Under the pieces are notes generated by a model. It saw only the letters and a list, made by a program, of their open reading frames with translations, searched no databases and had not been told where the DNA came from. Positions 59,798 through 64,000 of a DNA stretch of 64,000 nt are shown piece after piece (positions within the stretch are counted from its first letter, which is position 1; each line of letters begins with the position of its first letter). Source of the DNA: an uncultured delta proteobacterium. Its GTDB lineage: Bacteria; Desulfobacterota; Binatia; UBA9968. The DNA is taken from positions 96,001 through 160,000 of the forward strand of contig CAWJBB010000050.1 in assembly GCA_963840855.1 (NCBI GenBank). Reading direction: 5' to 3'. The position numbers and the translations under genes were made by a program.

Positions 59798-61282
59798 ATG
59801 GCTTTTGACATCCTCGAAACCAGCATCGACGCAATTCACTCAGCGTACAAATCCGGCGAGCTAACCTGTCACCAACTCGTGCAGATGTACCTTGACCGGA
59901 TTGAAGCCTACGACAGGAAAGGCCCCGCGCTTAACGCCATCATTACTTTGAATTCGAAAGCTCTCGAAGAAGCGGACCGCCTCGACGCGGCGTTTAAAAA
60001 ATCGGGGCTCACTGGCCCGCTGCACGGCATTCCCGTCGTCGTCAAAGACCAAGCCGATGCCGCAGGCATGCCAACGACCTTGGGCTCATTGGTGTTCAAG
60101 GACTACTATCCGGAGCGGGATTGCTTTGTGGTTGAGAATCTAAAAAAAGCCGGCGCGATTATTCTCGGTAAAACTACGCTGGGTGAGCTGGGCGGGGGCG
60201 ACACGCACGGTTCGCTCTTTGGGTCGACGCGCAACCCCTACGACCCGGAGCGCACCGTCGGCGGTTCTTCGGGCGGTTCGGCGGCCTGCGTATCGGCGAA
60301 CTTTTCCACCGTCGCCGTGGCGCAAGAAGGTCTGGCGTCGATTCGCCGACCATCGACCTGGAACTCGATCGCCGGCATGCGGCCGACCGCCGGCCTGGTC
60401 AGCCGCGGCGGTGTTTATGGCGGCTGGCCTTCCGTCAATGGCTCATTAGGCCCGATGGCGCGCAGCGTGACGGACCTCGCGAAGTTGCTGGATGTCATGG
60501 CCGGCTATGATCCTGAGGATCCACTGACCGCCAGAGGGATCGGCCATCTGCCGGACAGTTTCACCAAGTTTCTTGACCAAAACGCGCTCAAGGGTGCGCG
60601 CCTCGGTATTTTGCGCGAGTCCATGGGGCTCGGCTCCGAGCCGACGACTGAAGATTATAAAATGATCGACGAAATTTTCGAGCGCGCCGTGGGCGAGCTC
60701 AAGACCGCGGGCGCAGTCATCGTCGATCCGGTTGTCATTCCAAACCTGAAAGATCTGCTCGGCAAACGCGCGGGGAGCTTCACCGACGAAGAGGAATCGT
60801 TCAACAGATATTTGTCGAGGAGCACAAAGCCGCCCTACAAATCACGCGCGGAGGCGGCCGCCTCGCCGGACTTCAGCAAGGTTGTCAAGCGCTCAAGGGA
60901 GCGCTTCAGCCGTTCGCCGGACGACAAGGCGCATTACGAGTATCTCAAAGCGCGCGATGAGCTGATGACCAACCTGCTTAAAGTCATGGCGGACAACCAG
61001 CTCGACGCCATCGTGCATAAGGCCGTGGAACACCAGCCAACGCTGATCAAGGACGGCGTCAATCCGCCGTTCGTCGACCAGAAAGGCGCGCCCCATATCA
61101 ACACTCATCTCGTTTACGTGCCGTCCATCGTCGTCCCGGCCGGATTCACGCGTGGCAACCTGCCCGCGGGCATCACCTTTTTGGGACGGCCCTACGACGA
61201 CGGCAACATGATCAAGCTCGCCTACGCCTACGAACAGGCGACGCACCATCGCAAACCGCCGGCGAGCGTGACGCCGTTGTAG
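59798..61282 (+). CDS. Amidase signature family protein
   Basis: GPLHGIPVVVKD, GGSSGGS, SIRRP. Confidence 0.93.
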   Translation: MAFDILETSIDAIHSAYKSGELTCHQLVQMYLDRIEAYDRKGPALNAIITLNSKALEEADRLDAAFKKSGLTGPLHGIPVVVKDQADAAGMPTTLGSLVFKDYYPERDCFVVENLKKAGAIILGKTTLGELGGGDTHGSLFGSTRNPYDPERTVGGSSGGSAACVSANFSTVAVAQEGLASIRRPSTWNSIAGMRPTAGLVSRGGVYGGWPSVNGSLGPMARSVTDLAKLLDVMAGYDPEDPLTARGIGHLPDSFTKFLDQNALKGARLGILRESMGLGSEPTTEDYKMIDEIFERAVGELKTAGAVIVDPVVIPNLKDLLGKRAGSFTDEEESFNRYLSRSTKPPYKSRAEAAASPDFSKVVKRSRERFSRSPDDKAHYEYLKARDELMTNLLKVMADNQLDAIVHKAVEHQPTLIKDGVNPPFVDQKGAPHINTHLVYVPSIVVPAGFTRGNLPAGITFLGRPYDDGNMIKLAYAYEQATHHRKPPASVTPL

Positions 61283-61296
61283 GATGGAACCTGTGA

Positions 61297-61392
61297 CGTT
61301 CAAAGTTCAATGTTTAACGTTCAACGTTTCGGATTAAAACCCGGCACTTCCGGACCTCTTAACTTTGGACATTGAACCTTGAACATTGAACG
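61297..61392. repeat. GTTCAAN heptamer inverted-repeat element
   Basis: gttcaaa gttcaat gtttaac gttcaac gtttcgga ... ttgaacc ttgaaca ttgaac. Confidence 0.85.
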
Positions 61393-61434
61393 CCCTTTTC
61401 CCCTATCCGCAGCAGCTTCAAGCCCGTAGAGCCC

Positions 61435-62892
61435 ATGAACCCCATTCATTTCGTCGACACGACGTTGCGCGATGGGCAGCTCAGCCTCTGGGCATCGAAC
61501 ATGCGCACCGGCATGATGCTGCCTGTGGCAGAGCGCTTTGACCGCGCGGGCTTCGAGGCCGTCGAGATCATGTCGTCGGCCTTTTACAAAAAATGCGTGC
61601 GAGATCTCAAGGATGATCCCTGGGAGCGGGTGCGTCTGCTCGCCCGGCGCATCAAGAAAACTCCGCTGCGCTCGATCCGCAGCCGCTCCATGCTCGCCTT
61701 TCAGATCTCGCCGCCGGCGGTCACCGGCTTGTGGCTCGAAAGGCTCATCGCCAACGGGATCACGGAAGTGCGCACCTCGGATCCCTCAAATACGCCCAAG
61801 TATTGGCGAGAAGCGGTGGAGAGCGCCAACAAGGTCGGCCTCAAAACAATTCTCAACATCATTTACTCGGTCTCGCCGAAACACACCGACGACTACTTCG
61901 CGGAGCGAGCGCGCCACGCGGCCAAGCTCGCCGTTTACCGCATTTGTTTCAAGGACCCCGGCGGCCTGCTCACCCCGGAAGCAACCCGCCGCCTGGTGCC
62001 GCTGATCACGCGCGAAGCCGGGGACAAACCCGTCGAATTTCACACCCACTGCACTACCGGACTGGGCGCGCTCTGCTGTCTCGAAGCGATCAAGCTCGGC
62101 ATCACGTCGATCAACACCGCGATTCCGCCGCTCGCCGAGGGGTCGTCGAACCCGTCGCTTTTCAACGTGGCAATGAACGCCCGCGCTCTCGGCTACCAGA
62201 CCGCCGTCGATGAAGAAGTCATGAAGCCCGCGCGCGATCATTTCAGCGCCGTTGCCAAGCAGGAGAATCTACCCATAGGAAGGCCGCTGGAGTACGACGC
62301 GTTCCATCCGATCCACCAGGTGCCGGGAGGCATGATTTCCAACTTTCGTTTTCAGCTCTCTAATATGGGCAAGCTCGATAAACTCAACGCGGTCCTCGAA
62401 GAGGTGGCGCGGGTGCGCGCGGAGTTCGGATACCCGATCATGGTCACGCCCTATTCACAATTTTTCGGCGTGCAGGCCGCCATCAACGTCATCGTCGGCG
62501 CGCGCTATAAAGAAATAACCGATGAAGTGATTCTCTACGCGTTGGGCTTCTGGGGCGAAGAAGAAGCGGAGTCCATCGACGCCGACTTGAGAGACCGCAT
62601 CCTGAGCCGGCCGCGCGCCAAAGAGCTCAGCCGCATGAAACCGCCGGAGTTGTCGCTCGAGGAATTTCGCGCGAAGTTCGGCGGCGCCGGCGTTTCGGAC
62701 GATGACGCGTTGCTCAATTACTTCGCTGGGGACGAATATGTTGCCGTGATGAAGGCGGCGGGACCGGTGCGGGAATATGTCAGCGCCCTTACTCCCTTGA
62801 TGAGTCTCATCGAGCGGTTGGCGGCCCAAAAGGAGCGAAAAGCCATCGATCTTCAACGCTCCGGCCTGAAGCTCCGTCTGCGCCGGTTGTAG
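61435..62892 (+). CDS. Pyruvate carboxylase subunit B / oxaloacetate decarboxylase alpha-like carboxyltransferase, no biotinyl domain
   Basis: DTTLRDG, FKDPGG, HTH, HQVPGGM, GYPIMVTPYSQ. Confidence 0.88.
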   Translation: MNPIHFVDTTLRDGQLSLWASNMRTGMMLPVAERFDRAGFEAVEIMSSAFYKKCVRDLKDDPWERVRLLARRIKKTPLRSIRSRSMLAFQISPPAVTGLWLERLIANGITEVRTSDPSNTPKYWREAVESANKVGLKTILNIIYSVSPKHTDDYFAERARHAAKLAVYRICFKDPGGLLTPEATRRLVPLITREAGDKPVEFHTHCTTGLGALCCLEAIKLGITSINTAIPPLAEGSSNPSLFNVAMNARALGYQTAVDEEVMKPARDHFSAVAKQENLPIGRPLEYDAFHPIHQVPGGMISNFRFQLSNMGKLDKLNAVLEEVARVRAEFGYPIMVTPYSQFFGVQAAINVIVGARYKEITDEVILYALGFWGEEEAESIDADLRDRILSRPRAKELSRMKPPELSLEEFRAKFGGAGVSDDDALLNYFAGDEYVAVMKAAGPVREYVSALTPLMSLIERLAAQKERKAIDLQRSGLKLRLRRL

Positions 62893-62923
62893 TGGATCAG
62901 GTGCCGGTGTATGGTGTAACCCT

Positions 62924-63241
62924 ATGTCGCATCCACTTGGCGTCATCCGGTTCGCCGGTTTTCTCGTGGTGGTCCTTCTGCTGATCACCTTGTCCACTCC
63001 CGTTTTCGGCGCAGACGACCTGAGCCGGGGTCAATCCCAGGGCACAATCCCGATGGTCATCATCAATCAGAGCGATGCGCGCGATGACGATCGCCTCGCG
63101 CGTGACTTTTCCCACAGCACTGCCATTGTCGACTCTACTTTTCTCGCCATCCTGCAGGTCTTCTCCTCATTTCAGTGCGAAAACCACTCGCCGGCCGGAC
63201 CGCGCAAACTTTACCAAGTGAACCTCGTTTTCCTCATCTGA
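62924..63241 (+). CDS. Hypothetical secreted protein
   Basis: N-terminal hydrophobic segment; 105 aa. Confidence 0.5.
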   Translation: MSHPLGVIRFAGFLVVVLLLITLSTPVFGADDLSRGQSQGTIPMVIINQSDARDDDRLARDFSHSTAIVDSTFLAILQVFSSFQCENHSPAGPRKLYQVNLVFLI

Positions 63242-63381
63242 CATCTTGCCCTTACTTTTCCGAGGTGCTCTCGTACGGTGCGGGCTCGGCTCATGCCTGA
63301 GCCGGTCCCACAACCGATTATTAAAAATATCCGCGACGACGCCTGAGGCGTCGAATCGCGGCAAGTCATAAGGAGAAAAAC

Positions 63382-63486
63382 ATGGAAGATATGCCCATTT
63401 GGTTCAAGATCGCAATTTACGCAACGGTCGGTCTCACCGCCCTTTACACAGCATGGGGTATCATTCAATCGCTCATGCAATCCTGA
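63382..63486 (+). CDS. Small single-TM protein (34 aa)
   Basis: AAGGAG RBS; MEDMPIWFKIAIYATVGLTALYTAWGIIQSLMQS. Confidence 0.6.
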   Translation: MEDMPIWFKIAIYATVGLTALYTAWGIIQSLMQS

Positions 63487-63568
63487 TCCGCCAAGCAAGT
63501 TCAAGGTTCAACGTTCAATGGGCGTCGTGAGATTGGCGAATGAATGCCAGCCTCCGAGTCCGAAACGT

Positions 63569-64000
63569 GTCGCGGTAGGAACCGCCCTCGCGGGCGGCCC
63601 CCCGCACGGATCCGGACGTGCAGCATTACTGCATCCGGCTCTTGCCTTGGGTAATAACGCCATGGCGCAACAGAAAATGAGAATGATAACACCTCACTCC
63701 TTCCCTGCTGACTGCCTGACGTATTCGCTCAAGCGCGCTGGACAGGATCTGCCGGCTCTGAGTCCGGAACCTGTTACGTTCAAGCGTTTTCCCCTTGGCC
63801 AGTCCCCTTTCCTCCACTGCCTCCGCAGCCCCAGTGGCGGCTTTGTTCGGCAGCTTCGTAGGTCCTATGAGACTGTCCGACTTCGTGCGTCCTTAGACTT
63901 TCCGATGCGATTCCCTTTCTCGCAGACAGACACGGGATCTCTCGGCTTCCGCTCAAGGTGTTTGCGGGCATGCTCAGGGTCTCAGACCGCGCAGGGTCCA
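63569..64000 (-). mobile_element. Group II intron 3' part with internally deleted RT ORF (5' end beyond window)
   Basis: domain V gagccggatgcagtaatgctgcacgtccggatc (63641-63609), domain VI ending ...cctaccgcgAC at 63569; ORF fuses an RT-like N-terminus (EERGLAKG..RTQSR..LERIRQA) to an RT-like C-terminus (VITQGKSRM). Confidence 0.9.

Noticed and set aside
63569-64000. Retron or diversity-generating retroelement acting on the SBP paralogs
   Set aside because: The RNA is clearly group II intron-like, no RT catalytic domain is present, and no adenine-specific TR/VR pair was seen.

Overview
Bacterial chromosomal window (gene content and repeat style suggest a soil 'Deltaproteobacteria'/Binatia-like genome; this is inference) with clustered indel frameshifts, probably long-read errors. 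(1) 1-12.8 kb is an accessory array of six paralogous COG2984-type ABC substrate-binding protein (SBP) genes with no permease or ATPase. The genes are separated by a conserved palindrome (GATTGAACTGAA...GGAGAA-TTCAGTTCAATC, about 7 copies, variable internal stem). Some units keep only the SBP leader and/or the last 7 SBP codons and carry unrelated cargo behind a duplicated ~190-bp promoter module. This cassette-like system is the main candidate for something undescribed. (2) 12.8-17.1 kb holds an IS21 left-end remnant and a satellite-like element (tyrosine integrase, excisionase, Xre, twin terminase-small-like ORFs) at tRNA-Ser(CGA), which overlaps tadA. (3) 18.7-27.3 kb is an integrase-less island bounded by tRNA-Arg(ACG) direct repeats, carrying a FecR-OmpA-CHASE2 kinase-sigma54 regulator cascade. 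(4) 27.3-63.5 kb is mostly core/metabolic genes (ftsEX-envC, radical SAM, LOG x2, pgeF, aas, bioB, PQQ dehydrogenase/cytochrome c, amidase) with many heptamer/nonamer inverted-repeat elements. It also contains an alpha-dioxygenase-like peroxidase facing a di-heme protein-GMC oxidoreductase-HExxE operon. (5) The window ends inside an RT-deleted group II intron inserted into one of the heptamer elements.
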